A stretch of 64,000 nt of DNA from assembly GCA_963782915.1 (NCBI GenBank), contig CAWALK010000001.1, positions 96,001 to 160,000 on the forward strand, in the 5' to 3' direction. The translations under genes and the position numbers were made by a program. This document shows positions 16,279-27,204 of the stretch, piece by piece. Under the pieces are notes generated by a model. That model was not told the DNA's origin, searched no databases, and saw nothing but the letters and a program-made list of their open reading frames with translations. The first letter of the stretch is position 1, and the number at the start of each line of letters is the position of its first letter. This DNA comes from an uncultured archaeon (lineage in GTDB: Archaea; Thermoproteota; Bathyarchaeia; Bathyarchaeales; Bathycorpusculaceae).

Positions 16279-19164
16279 ATGAGCCAAACCAAGCAAATGG
16301 AGCAGAAATGGCAGCAAAAATGGGAAGCTGCGCATCTCTTCGAAGCCGACCCTGACCCCAAACGCGAAAAAAAGCTGGTAACTTTCCCGTTTCCATACAT
16401 GAATGGCCCATTGCATGTTGGCCACACCTTTACTGCCAGCCGCGTTGACGCTTATGCCCGTTTCAAGCGTATGCAGGGTTACAATGTGCTTTGGCCTTGG
16501 AGTTGGCACTGGACCGGTCAACCGCTGCTTGGTGCATCTCTGCGGGTGGCAAGGGGCGATGAAGCTTACATCAAAGTGCTGCGCGAAGTCGATGGCGTCC
16601 CTGAAGCGGAACTTCAAAAATTTGTTGACCCCTTCTATATGGCTCAATACTACACTAACGAGGGCCGTGCCGCTGTTAAGGGCGTTGGTTTCTCGGTTGA
16701 TTGGCGCCGCGAATTCACCACTGTTATGCCGACTTTCCAAAAGTTTGTGGAGTGGCAGTACAAGAACCTCAAAGAAAAAGGCTATGTCACCCGTGGCACT
16801 CATCCGGTGGTTTGGTGTCCTAAAGATCAATCTCCAACCGGTGACCATGACCGCCAAAGCGGCGAAGGCGTCACCCCCGAAGAATACACCCTAATCAAGT
16901 ACAAACTGCCCGACGGCACGGTTTTGCCTGCGGCGACTTTCCGCCCCGAAACCATCTACGGCATCACTAACATGTGGATTAACCCGGACGCCACCTACGT
17001 GGAAGCAGACGTCAACGGCGAAACCTGGATTATTAGCCAGGAAGCCGCTGAAAAACTCAAAGAACAAGAGAAAAAAGTCACAGTCAAACGCAGCTTCAAA
17101 GGCGCAGAACTCATAGGCAAAACCTTCGAAAACCCCGTTACAAAACTCAAGTTTCCGATTCTGCCCGGCTGGTTTGTTAACCCCAAAACCGCCACCGGCG
17201 TCGTCTACAGCGTCCCAGCCCATGCACCCTACGATTACCTCGCACTCACGAGACTTGCAGCAGAAGCCCGAAGTGCTCAGCCCAATTCGGCGTGGACCCC
17301 GCGATGGTGCAGGCGATTAAACCAATCTCAATCATTAAAGTCGAAGGCTTCGGCGAATACCCCGCAGTCGAAATCGTCGAAAAAATGGGCATCAAAAACC
17401 AAAATGATCCCAAAGCCGACGAAGCTACCAAAGAACTCTACAAAAAAGAGTTCCACGGAGGCAAACTAAAAGAAAACTGCGGACCCTACGCGGGCAAAAG
17501 CATCCGCGAAGCCAAAGACATCTTGATCGGTGACTTCAAAAAAATGGGCGTCGCCGACAGCATGTATGACCTCTCCGAACCAGTAGTTTGCCGATGCATG
17601 ACACAATGCATCGTAAAGATCCTCTCGGATCAATGGTTCCTTAACTACTCCGATCCGCAGTGGAAGGAGTTGGCGCATCAGGCGGTTGCGCAGATGAACA
17701 TTTACCCCGACTCAGCTAAACCATGGTTCAACACCGTGATCGATTGGCTACGCGAATGGGCTTGTGCACGCACAACTGGTTTTGGTACGCCGTTGCCGTG
17801 GGGTAAAGGCTGGATAATTGAGACGTTAAGCGACAGCACCGTTTACATGGCATTCTACACCATAAACAAACACATTAAACAGAACAGCATAAAACCTGAA
17901 TCACTAACAACCGATGTTTTCGACTATATCTACCTCGGCAAAGGCAATGCAGCGGAACTCTCACAATCCGTGGGAATCGACGTAACACTGTTGGATTCGA
18001 TGCGTAGCGAGTTCCTCTATTGGTACCCGCTTGACTTCCGCAACAGCGCCAAAGAACTGGTACCAAACCACCTTAGCTTCTGCATATTCCACCACGCCGC
18101 ATTATTCCCACCTGAGCATTGGCCCAGAGCCATCGGCGTCAACGGCATGCTAATGGTTGAAGGACAAGGCATGCATAAAAGCAAAGGCAACTTCATCACC
18201 ATGAAGGGCGCAGTCGAAAAGTACGGAGCAGATGCTACTCGCTGTGGGTTGCTGTTGGGTGCTGAAGGGATGGATGATCCCGATTGGCGAGCTGAAAACG
18301 TCAATGATCTCAAAACCAAATTTGAGAGTGTGATGGGTTTTGCAAGCAATATCCTTGCAACAGCCAAGAATGACGATAATACGGCTTTGGAGCGTTGGTT
18401 AGAGAGCCGTTTGCAGCAGCGCATAAAAGATGTTACAGCTGCGCTTGATGAGTTAAAGACTCGCACTGCACTGCAAACCGCGCTGTTTGAAACGTGGAAT
18501 GACCTGCGATGGTACATCCAACGTAAGGGCAACACCAACGCCAAGGTACTGGGCGATGCAGTTAAAGACTGGTTAAAGATGCTTGCGCCCTTTGCACCAT
18601 TCATGTGTGAGGAACTCTGGAGCCAAACAGGCGAAGAAGGCTTCATCAGCGTCGCCAAATGGCCAGTCTACGACCCAGCTAAAATAGATGCAGCCGCTGA
18701 GGAACAAGAAAACCTAGTCACTGCTGTCATGGGCGATACCAACAACATCTTGAAAGCCATGAAAATCGCGCCTGCCAAAATCGTTTACTACACCGCTGCT
18801 CCATGGAAATGGCAGGTTTACCTCAAAATCGTCGAGAAAACCTTAGCTGGCGAAGCAAAAATCAACGAGTTAATGAAGGAATTCGCCTCTGACCCCGCCT
18901 TGAAGCCGCATATGAAAGACATCGCCCCAATGGTACCCACGCATAATTAAAGCACTCACCAAAGTTTCAGGCGACCGCAAAGCAAACATAACCAAAATCC
19001 GCGAAGTAGACGAAAAAGCAATCCTCCAAGGCACAGCAGCATTCTATAAAGACCGCTTCAACGCAGAAATAGCAGTTTACGGCGAATCTGACGAGCAACG
19101 CTTCGACCCCAAAAGCCGCTCAGCAATGGCAATGCCCTATCAGCCAGCAATCTACATCGAATAA
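16279..19164 (+). CDS. leuS: Leucine--tRNA ligase (archaeal type), frameshifted near 17250-17280 and 18940
   Basis: FPFPYMNGPLHVGH, AATFRPET, VYSVPAHAPYD, IETLSDST, GMHKSKGN. C-terminus AMPYQPAIYIE-stop at 19164. Confidence 0.95.
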
Positions 19165-19203
19165 ACCCACCCTACAATCACCCTTTCATTTTCATTACAA
19201 GGA

Positions 19204-19243
19204 GAGCTGTTGCTCTGGCAGAGACCCCCCTCCCTTATTTATA
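19204..19243 (-). repeat. Dispersed intergenic repeat family A, copy 2
   Basis: Reverse complement TATAAATAAGGGAGGGGGGTCTCTGCCAGAGCAACAGCTC matches 4587-4628. Confidence 0.8.
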
Positions 19244-19373
19244 CTCACACAACTGCTGAGGCAATACTGTTTAGGGCTGGCTGCTTGTTGCGTTGCAACG
19301 CTTTTTTCTATGTGTATGTGTTAATGGCTGCGGAATTATTGGGCGGTTGTTTTCTCTTCCTGGCAATCCCAAA

Positions 19374-21104
19374 TTAATTGTGGTAGGTTATTCGGAAAGG
19401 CTTGAGTTTTTGAAGCACAAACGTTTTGCGTGTAACAATCGTTATGGCGGCGATTGTACCTAAACTGAGCATAACCCCGCTAGGAGGCGGTGTCGCCAAA
19501 GCGTTTTGCATAAAAAAGCCGCCATAATCTGGATACACTTTTACTCCATTCTGTAAACCACTGTTTAACTGAAGGCTATAATACAATATGCCCTGTTTGA
19601 AGTTACTTGCCGACAGCGAACCACCATAAGCGTAGTTTACTGAAAAAATCCTATAGGTACTCCAATTTTCCCCTTCGTCGGTGCTAAACCATATACCCGC
19701 TAACCACTCATTTGGGTGCTCACCGCCTGTGAAACTGGCAAATAAGTCCCCGTTTAAGTCGTTTCTTCGAATCCAATACCCATAGCATTGAGTGCCCGTA
19801 TCGAGAACAAGATTGAAGTTTTCGTCGTTTGTTGTTCGATAAATTTCTCCGTTATCATGATCCGTTGCTAGAAGCCTTGCTACTGGAATGAGTTTGCCGT
19901 TGGCATCTTTAGTGGTTACTGCTTCGATTGCGAGTATTTGTGGTAGCTTTAAGATTACCTCCCAGCTGCTATTGCTTATTGCTCCGTCGGTTGCGCGAAT
20001 GACGGATGAGTGCCATTGCGGCGTTATTCGTTCGTCACCGACTGAGGCGTAGATGTAATTGTTGCTTTTGTCAACCGTGATGCAGTGGATATGGCGGGCG
20101 TCTGAATCATTATATACGTTGATCCAGTGGGCACCGCCATCGATGCTTTTGTAGATGGATGCGCCACCTGTTGCTGGACCAGTAGTGTAGACACCTGCAA
20201 ACAAGTTGCCATAGACATCTTCAGTCATCGACAAAATACAGAAATCGGGGGGCAGAGGCAGGACTCTTGCCCAAGTTAGACCTCCGTTAATACTTCGCCA
20301 AATCCCCAACGTATTTGGTGTTGCAGTGGTGTCTGGTGAAGTAAAAATGAAATTTAGCCTGTTAACATACACGCATTTTATGGTTTGATTTGGGTCTCCG
20401 CTGAAGGTTAGCAGGGGCTGCCAATTTACTCCTTGGTTGGTGCTTTTGTAGAGTGTTTGGTATGTTCCAGCGTATAATGTGCCGTCGTTTGCAATCCAAC
20501 TTGCTCCTATTGGCTGGGTAAGGGACGTTTCTTGGTAGCCAGGTGGCGGCGGAGGTAATGGCGTTGGTGGAGGTGTTGGTGTTGGAGTTGGAATCGGTGT
20601 AGGTGTTGGCGTGGGTTTTGGTGTTGGGATTGCGGTTGGTGTTGGCGGATGTGTGGGTTTTGGTGTTATTGTCGGGGTTGACTTGGTGGTGGGATTAGGA
20701 GTTGGGGATGGTGCTGGAGTAGGGACGGGTGTTGGCGTTGGCGACTGGTCAGGTGTGGGATTTGGCGTTGGCGCGGCTGTAGGAGTCGCTGTGGGGGTGA
20801 GCGTAGGGCTAGAGGTCGTGTCAGGCGTTGGAGGTTGAGTCGGTAATGGTGAAGGTTTGAGATGTGGGGTTGGTGCTGGCGTAGGCGGCGCTTTTGTGTT
20901 TTGGGGGATTTGGGTTGGAGTCGGCGCTGGCGTTGTAGATGGTGGCTCAATAGAGTTGTTGTTTCTGGAATCTTGGTCGTACAGAGCGGAAGTCTGTGTT
21001 ACAATCCAAAGAGGCACCAATATTAATGCAAGAATACTCAGAATTACTATTGCCCTTTTGATGGGTTTTTTGGCTGTGAGGGTGCAGACAAGTCTATGAT
21101 ACAA
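19374..21104 (-). CDS. Cell-surface protein: N-terminal TM, long Pro/Thr stalk, Asp-box (BNR) beta-propeller, C-terminal TM
   Basis: About 135-aa PT-rich repeat; Asp-boxes YKSTNQGVNW, WRSINGGLTW, YKSIDGGAHW, WFSTDEGENW. Confidence 0.85.
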   Translation of the reverse strand: MYHRLVCTLTAKKPIKRAIVILSILALILVPLWIVTQTSALYDQDSRNNNSIEPPSTTPAPTPTQIPQNTKAPPTPAPTPHLKPSPLPTQPPTPDTTSSPTLTPTATPTAAPTPNPTPDQSPTPTPVPTPAPSPTPNPTTKSTPTITPKPTHPPTPTAIPTPKPTPTPTPIPTPTPTPPPTPLPPPPPGYQETSLTQPIGASWIANDGTLYAGTYQTLYKSTNQGVNWQPLLTFSGDPNQTIKCVYVNRLNFIFTSPDTTATPNTLGIWRSINGGLTWARVLPLPPDFCILSMTEDVYGNLFAGVYTTGPATGGASIYKSIDGGAHWINVYNDSDARHIHCITVDKSNNYIYASVGDERITPQWHSSVIRATDGAISNSSWEVILKLPQILAIEAVTTKDANGKLIPVARLLATDHDNGEIYRTTNDENFNLVLDTGTQCYGYWIRRNDLNGDLFASFTGGEHPNEWLAGIWFSTDEGENWSTYRIFSVNYAYGGSLSASNFKQGILYYSLQLNSGLQNGVKVYPDYGGFFMQNALATPPPSGVMLSLGTIAAITIVTRKTFVLQKLKPFRITYHN

Positions 21105-21345
21105 GATTATTGAGTCTTCCTAAAAGGCGGTTGATTACTATAAGGCTAGAAAGGTATGCACTTAATAGATTTTACGGCAATGAACCATCCACTAACCTAG
21201 AGCTAAAATATCTCGCAAACCCCGCAGGCTATGGCTGACCCTATTAATCTACAAAAATTAGAGTAAGCCGCGGCTTCAAACCCTCTAAATATGGTTAATG
21301 TTTAAATCGCCAATCAACCTCCTCCTAAGAAAAAGCTGATAAACA

Positions 21346-21897
21346 ATGAACTTCTGGAAAGACATCCCATCAGGCGACAACCCACCCCAACTCCTAAACA
21401 TGGTCATAGAAGTCGTAAGCGGCTCACGAGACAAATACGAATACAGCATCAAATGGGAAGCCTTCGTACTAGACAGAATCATCCCCTCCTCGGTAGTGTT
21501 CCCCGTCGAATACGGCTTTGTTCCTCAAACATGGTTCGACGACGAAGACCCCTTAGACATCATGGTCCTAAGCTATGCCCCTCTGACTGCTGGGTGTATA
21601 GTTAAAGTCCGCGTTATAGGTGCCCTAATCATCGAAGACGAAGAAGGCTTAGACGCAAAAATCCTCTCCGTGCTAGTAAACGATGCCCGATTCGAAGGCT
21701 ACCACGACATAACCGACGTACATAAGCACCGATTAGTGGAGATTCAGGAATTCTTTGAAACCTACAAACGGCTTGAACCCCACAAATGGGTAAAAGTTAG
21801 GGATTGGAAAAATGCTGCGGAAGCTGGAGAAATCGTAAGGTACGCCATGGAGCAGTACCGCGAGTTAAGCGAGAAGCCCCCTGCAAACCACAAATAA
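21346..21897 (+). CDS. ppa: Inorganic pyrophosphatase (family I)
   Basis: DKYEY, LDR, YGFVPQTWFDDEDPLDIMV, FFETYKRLE. Confidence 0.95.
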   Translation: MNFWKDIPSGDNPPQLLNMVIEVVSGSRDKYEYSIKWEAFVLDRIIPSSVVFPVEYGFVPQTWFDDEDPLDIMVLSYAPLTAGCIVKVRVIGALIIEDEEGLDAKILSVLVNDARFEGYHDITDVHKHRLVEIQEFFETYKRLEPHKWVKVRDWKNAAEAGEIVRYAMEQYRELSEKPPANHK

Positions 21898-21985
21898 TCG
21901 CTATTTCTTTAAACCCGTTTCCTAGCGATCACTCCTAAAAAACGATAAATTTTACTACATCACGTTCTAGCTTGGGACGATTTGG

Positions 21986-22150
21986 ATGGCAGAAAATAGA
22001 TATGAACATAAAGACCGTCATAAACGGGAACGCCGTGAGCAGTTTAAGTTTGATGAGGATATGCGCTTAAACGATGAAATTGATCGGCGTGAGCGTGAGC
22101 AAAGACAACGCGAAGAGCTTCGGCATCGGCATGTGTTAGTGGCTCAGTAA
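21986..22150 (+). CDS. Small highly charged E/R-rich protein (54 aa)
   Basis: Manual translation MAENRYEHKDRHKRERREQFKFDEDMRLNDEIDRREREQRQREELRHRHVLVAQ. Confidence 0.55.
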   Translation: MAENRYEHKDRHKRERREQFKFDEDMRLNDEIDRREREQRQREELRHRHVLVAQ

Positions 22151-22256
22151 ATGGGTGTTGGCTTCGTTTGAGTGGGCGGAAAAATACGTAAGATGCTAAG
22201 GGAAAGTTATTTTAAAAAAATTGAAAACGGAAAAATCCGTACGTTTAATTGTAGTA

Positions 22257-23129
22257 TTATGGCAGAACATTTGTTATAATCAATCGCCATTCTTCGCCGT
22301 AAATCCCAGCAGTAACCCAGTAAGCTTGCTTGGTTACCGTTGTACCCGCATTATCGTAGTTGTAATATTCGTAGGTGCCATACCCCGCTGCTTCAGTAAC
22401 CATATGTCTTGAGAATGTTTGCAGCGTTGACCAGGTTGAGATGGTTGGGTCAGCGAATAGGTTTGTGCCCTCTTCGGCTTTGTTTACTTCGTAGATCATT
22501 GTGCCATCCGTATCAGATGCCCATATGACATAGGAGGTTCCCGCACTTACTTCTGTGGCGGTGGCGTTGATTAGGGCACTAGCATCGAAAGCTATGCTTA
22601 CTGAACCGATCATTGCGCCGTTAGAGTTGAAGATTGGTGCCATTATTACTGAACCGTTAACTCCTTCTTCAAGTTGATAGACAGGTGACATTATGGGGTA
22701 TATTGGGTCTTTTGAAGGTGCGAAAATGTCGTAGGGCATTGTTACCTTTGAGCCTTCAAGGTTGCTGTAGGTTGCTGGTTCTACGGTGACAAAGGTGCCC
22801 TGTAGGTCTAGGGTGCTTACATCAATTATGAAGGAATAGTTCTGGGCTATTGATTTCAAGAGGTTGCGTGCTTGTTCGCCGCCTAATCCTGTGCCTGAGA
22901 TCTGTTGGGAGGCGTATATGGCGCTGTTGCCTAAGGCTTGAAGCTCAGAGTTTATTTTTACTTGGGCTTGGGTTAAAATTGAGGTCATTTCTAGTTTGGT
23001 TGTTTGTTGGGTGTTTTGGTTGGATAGGGTGCTGTTTTGGGTGGCTTGGTAGGCGTTAAATCCTATGGAGGCTACTAAGGCGATGATTAATGTGCTTACT
23101 ATTAGTGTGGATTTGTTCATTTTTACCAA
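22257..23129 (-). CDS. Membrane-anchored extracellular Cache-domain protein
   Basis: N-terminal TM; PIMSPVY...APIFNSNGAMIGSVS, DTDGTMIY, GYGTYEY...EWRLI (dCache-like). No cytoplasmic output domain. Confidence 0.75.
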   Translation of the reverse strand: MVKMNKSTLIVSTLIIALVASIGFNAYQATQNSTLSNQNTQQTTKLEMTSILTQAQVKINSELQALGNSAIYASQQISGTGLGGEQARNLLKSIAQNYSFIIDVSTLDLQGTFVTVEPATYSNLEGSKVTMPYDIFAPSKDPIYPIMSPVYQLEEGVNGSVIMAPIFNSNGAMIGSVSIAFDASALINATATEVSAGTSYVIWASDTDGTMIYEVNKAEEGTNLFADPTISTWSTLQTFSRHMVTEAAGYGTYEYYNYDNAGTTVTKQAYWVTAGIYGEEWRLIITNVLP

Positions 23130-23293
23130 CTTATCGTTTGCTGATTAATGGAAATTTGTAGCTTATAAATCAGCAATTGAAGCGGTGTTGCACGGCTTTT
23201 TCCACATTTAGCGATGTCCCAAATGGTGCAAAGATGCCTCTTTTTGGTGCATTAAAGTCACAAAATATATAATTTACCTTGCGCCATATGATA

Positions 23294-23589
23294 TTTGCAG
23301 GTCAAGGAGCAAGCTTTAGAAGCAATGCACTGAGGCACAGATGCACCCTGATTAAAACAGCGAAAAATTGGGGTGCGATAAAGACTTCGCCTCATTGGGC
23401 TGAACCGTTGCTATGTTGAAGCATCTGAGCATTGAAGTCTCGGGTTCAAAGCGGCGAAGAATCCGTTGGCGAGTAAGCATCGCTTAGGTGGGCCGTATCA
23501 ACAATAGGGCTTAGGCTTGGCCTGCAAAAAAACTGTGGAAGACAAATTGAGTAGGATAAAACCGAAAATATTCTATTCCACCTTTTTTT
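23294..23589 (+). ncRNA. Putative novel structured ncRNA
   Basis: TATATAAT at 23266; 13-bp closing helix 23294-23306/23516-23528; several internal helices with plus-strand G-U pairs; T7 tract at 23583-23589. Confidence 0.6.
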
Positions 23590-23710
23590 GATTTAACCTG
23601 TCTTTAAATCGTGTGCCTTATGGAAATTAGACTATTTACTTGTGGATTTTGCCCAACCTGTCTGCAACGTAAAACAGACGTAGGCACCAAAACACAAAAA
23701 ACCCCCCAAA

Positions 23711-23765
23711 CCATTGGTTGTTGTTGTGTATAGGGGCTCTGCGCCAACAACTACTATAGAAGAAA
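23711..23765 (+). repeat. Dispersed intergenic repeat family B, copy 1
   Basis: CCATTGGTTGTTGTTGTGTATAGG...CAACAACTACTATAGAA. Matches 53321-53372, 34725-34775 and, in reverse, about 56224-56270. Confidence 0.75.
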
Positions 23766-23844
23766 CCGCAAGCGAACATACACCTGTTTTTAAGCTAAAG
23801 GTTTAAAGGCAACGCATTAACTTATTGTGCAAAAGGTGTAAAAT

Positions 23845-24009
23845 ATGCCAACTCACGGTTCACTCTCAAAAGCTGGAAAAGTGCGCACTCAAACTCCCAA
23901 AGTTGAGGCACGTGTAAGAACTGCTCCAAGCCCAAAAAACCGAAACAGACGCAACTACGAAAAACGTACGATTCTGCAACGGAAAGCGGGCCAAAACTGG
24001 ATGACTTAA
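23845..24009 (+). CDS. rps30e: 30S ribosomal protein S30e
   Basis: Manual translation MPTHGSLSKAGKVRTQTPKVEARVRTAPSPKNRNRRNYEKR... (too short for the ORF track). Confidence 0.95.
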   Translation: MPTHGSLSKAGKVRTQTPKVEARVRTAPSPKNRNRRNYEKRTILQRKAGQNWMT

Positions 24010-24264
24010 GTCCAATACTTTTCCATTCTGCATTTTAAGCAGATACATTTTGTTTTATGCTTAACCTTTTTGCATAGTGCTAACTCTAATTTCGCTTTAA
24101 TTAAAAAAGATGTTATCGCTTCACTGTACCGTTGCCGCTTGTTGTTATTGGGTCTATGGTCGACAGATTCTTTGTTTTTCTCCGTAAACATTGCCTTTTT
24201 AAAACCATTTTTGGCTAGTGCACTTTATCTATCGGTAATCTAAACTCTATTTCGGTACCCAGAT

Positions 24265-25864
24265 TTGACTAACACAGTTGCCCTGCGCGAAATCATCACA
24301 AGACTGCTTTCTATGGATTCCCCCACAGGCGACGATGTCAACAAACTAAAAATTAAGGTCTCAGCCAAATACCACCTGGAAGCGGTACCATCCAACGCTG
24401 ACTTACTTACAGTTTTAACTGATTCAGAATCAAAAAAACTTCTGCCGATCATCAGAAGAAAAAACACCCGAGCCATCAGCGGCGTAACCGTCATCGCCGT
24501 CATGACCAAACCCTACCCGTGCCCGCAACCTGAACCCTGCGCTTACTGCCCCGGAGGACCAACCACAGGTTCGCCGCAAAGCTACACAGGATTTGAACCT
24601 GCCGCGTTGCGTGGAAGCCAAAACAGCTTCGACCCCTACGAGCAAGTGCAGAGCCGCATACGTCAACTCACGGCTATTGGGCATAAGGTGGATAAGGTTG
24701 AGTTGATTGTGATGGGCGGTACTTTTCCGGCGACGCCAATGGAGTACCAGACATGGTTCATCCAGCGTTGCCTTGATGCATTAACTGGCAAAACCTCCGC
24801 TAACTTGGAGGAGGCAGAGGCGAATGCGGAAGTCAGCGAAACCCGCAACGTCGGCATCACCGTCGAAACCCGACCGGACTGGGCAAAACAACCCCATATC
24901 GACGCCATGCTGAGCTATGGGTGTAACCCGCATCGAACTTGGCGTACAAAACCCAGATGATGAAATCTACAAACGCGTCGGCAGAACCCACACCGTCGCA
25001 GACGTAGTTGAAGCAACACAAATCGCCAAAGATTCAGGGCTAAAAATTGTTTATCACATGATGCCCGGAATGCCTGGGTCCAATCCGCAAAAAGATTTTG
25101 ATGCATTCAAACGCATCTTCACCGACTCCCAATTTAAGCCGGATATGATAAAAATTTATCCGTGCCTCGCCATCGCAGGCACCAAAGCCTACCAATGGTA
25201 CCAAGAAGGCACCTTTGAACCATACACAACCGAACAAGCAGCAAATCTAATCGCTGAAATCAAAAAAACCATCCCAAAATGGGTAAGAGTCATGCGTGTA
25301 CAGCGCGATATTCCTGCACGGCTGATTTTGGCTGGGGTAACTAAGAGTGATGTGCGGGAGTTGGCGCAGAAAAAACTCAAAGACCAAGGCATGCAATGCC
25401 AATGTATCCGCTGCCGCGAAGTTGGGCACCGTTTAGCAGTTGACCACGTTGTGCCTGATTTGGAAAAAGTCAAGATTTTAACCGAGCGTTATGAAGCTTC
25501 AGAAGGGCATGAAGTTTTTATTTCCGCCGAAGACCCACAAAACAACGTACTGCTGGGTTACCTGCGCATGCGTGTCCCATCCCCAAAAGCTCACAGACCA
25601 GAAATCACCGAAGTCCCCTCAGCCATCGTGCGGGAACTCCACGTTTACGGCCCCCTCGTCCCAGTCGGCAAACACTCAGCCACCGCATGGCAGCATAAAG
25701 GATATGGCAAAGAACTCTTGGCAGAGGCAGAACGGATTGCAAGCGCCGAGTTTGGGGTCAAAAAGCTTTTAGTTATTAGTGCGTTAGGAACAAGAAGGTA
25801 CTACATGCGTCTGGGTTACGGGCGTGATGGAGTTTACGTTTCAAAGAGGCTAAACACACAATGA
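24265..25864 (+). CDS. elp3: Elp3 tRNA uridine(34) acetyltransferase (radical SAM plus KAT), one frameshift at about 24916
   Basis: RAISGVTVIAVMTKP.PCP...CAYCPGGP, ETRPDW, RVQRDIP, CQCIRCRE, VRELHVYG, QHKGYG. Confidence 0.93.
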
Positions 25865-27204
25865 GCGATTTACAAGATTCAGGGTACAAGGGCAAAGCGC
25901 TAGAACTGCTACAGCAAGCGGATTGCAGCGTCGGCGACATCCTCAAAATCACAAGCAAAGGCAAGACCTACGAGGGCATCTTGATTCCACGCTTCGGCGA
26001 AGGCACCGCCATAATTATCAAAATGAAGAGCGGCTACAACATCGGCATCGAAGCCACCGCCGACGTAACTGTGGAGAAAATCGGCAAAGGCACCAAACCC
26101 ACATTCGCCGCACCGCCACTACCAAAACAGAACCCTGCATTGCCCCACGTCGTTATCATGAGTACAGGCGGAACCATCGCTAGCCGCGTGGACTACCGCA
26201 CAGGCGCAGTCCGCTCAGCCATGTCCGCAAGCGACCTCTACGGCGTCGTACCCGAACTCGCAGACATCGCCAGAGTAGACACAGAAATCGTTTTTAGCAT
26301 TTACAGCGAAAACCTAACACCACAAAACTGGACGGAACTCGCCCAAACCGTTGCCAAACGCATTGAGCAAGGCGTGGACGGCATAGTCATCGCGCATGGC
26401 ACAGACACCATGGCGTACACTTCTGCTGCACTGAGTTTTGCGTTGCAGAACCTGCCAGTTCCAGTCATACTTGTTGGTGCCCAGCGTTCTTCTGACCGAC
26501 CCAGCAGCGACGCAGCAACCAACCTCATCGGCGCAGTCAAAGCCGCAGGCGAAGCACCATTCGCCGAAGTCGGATTAGCCATGCACGAAACCGTCTCCGA
26601 CACAGCAATCGCCATCCACCACGGCACCAAAGTACGCAAATGCCACACCAGCCGCCGAGACACATTCAAATCCATCAACGGCTTCCCAATCGCCAAAGTC
26701 CAAAACCTCCAAGTCACCATGGTAGCGGATGCTTACCAGAAAAGAGACCCCAAACGCAAACTCGTTGTAAAACCGAACTTCAGCGATAAAGTAGCGCTCG
26801 TCAAATTCTATCCTGGTCTTGACCCAGCAGTAATCGACTTCTATGTCGACCGGGGCTTCAAGGGCATCCTGCTTGAAGGCTCAGGATTGGGTCATGTGAG
26901 CAAGTTCTGTTTTGACGCAGTCAAACGTGCCACAGCTAAAGGTGTGGTGGTTGCGTTGGCTTCCCAGTGCATCTGGGGACGCGTGGACATGAACGTTTAC
27001 GACACAGGCCGAGACCTGCTATCGTTTGGCGTGGTTCCGCTGGATGATATGTTCCCAGAAACTGGCTTGGTGAAACTGATGTGGGCGCTCGGACAAACAG
27101 GTGATCCCAAAGAAGCCATCACACTATTGCAAACTAACATTGCAGGCGAATACTCGCCCCGCACCCTTCCACAAGACAAAATCATAGAAGGAGGACCACA
27201 ATAA
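25861..27204 (+). CDS. gatD: Glutamyl-tRNA(Gln) amidotransferase subunit D
   Basis: STGGTIASRVDYRTGAV, HGTDT, QRSSDRPSSD. Confidence 0.97.
   Translation: MSDLQDSGYKGKALELLQQADCSVGDILKITSKGKTYEGILIPRFGEGTAIIIKMKSGYNIGIEATADVTVEKIGKGTKPTFAAPPLPKQNPALPHVVIMSTGGTIASRVDYRTGAVRSAMSASDLYGVVPELADIARVDTEIVFSIYSENLTPQNWTELAQTVAKRIEQGVDGIVIAHGTDTMAYTSAALSFALQNLPVPVILVGAQRSSDRPSSDAATNLIGAVKAAGEAPFAEVGLAMHETVSDTAIAIHHGTKVRKCHTSRRDTFKSINGFPIAKVQNLQVTMVADAYQKRDPKRKLVVKPNFSDKVALVKFYPGLDPAVIDFYVDRGFKGILLEGSGLGHVSKFCFDAVKRATAKGVVVALASQCIWGRVDMNVYDTGRDLLSFGVVPLDDMFPETGLVKLMWALGQTGDPKEAITLLQTNIAGEYSPRTLPQDKIIEGGPQ

Noticed and set aside
20540-20950. Tandem-looking GGTGTTGG/GGCGTTGG repeats as a CRISPR array or VNTR
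   Set aside because: They are Pro/Thr codons of the surface protein stalk; there is no fixed repeat-spacer periodicity.
21226-21276. Imperfect hairpin upstream of ppa (AGGCTATGGCT...AGCCGCGGCTT)
   Set aside because: A single imperfect stem with no H/ACA or C/D boxes recognised; could arise by chance.
23294-23589. Identification as RNase P RNA or SRP RNA
   Set aside because: No GAGGAAAGUCC/ACUCC CR-I motif and no SRP helix-8 motif; left as an unknown ncRNA.
24006-24191. 61-aa minus-strand ORF between rps30e and elp3
   Set aside because: No SD or recognisable motif in AT-rich sequence; not supported.
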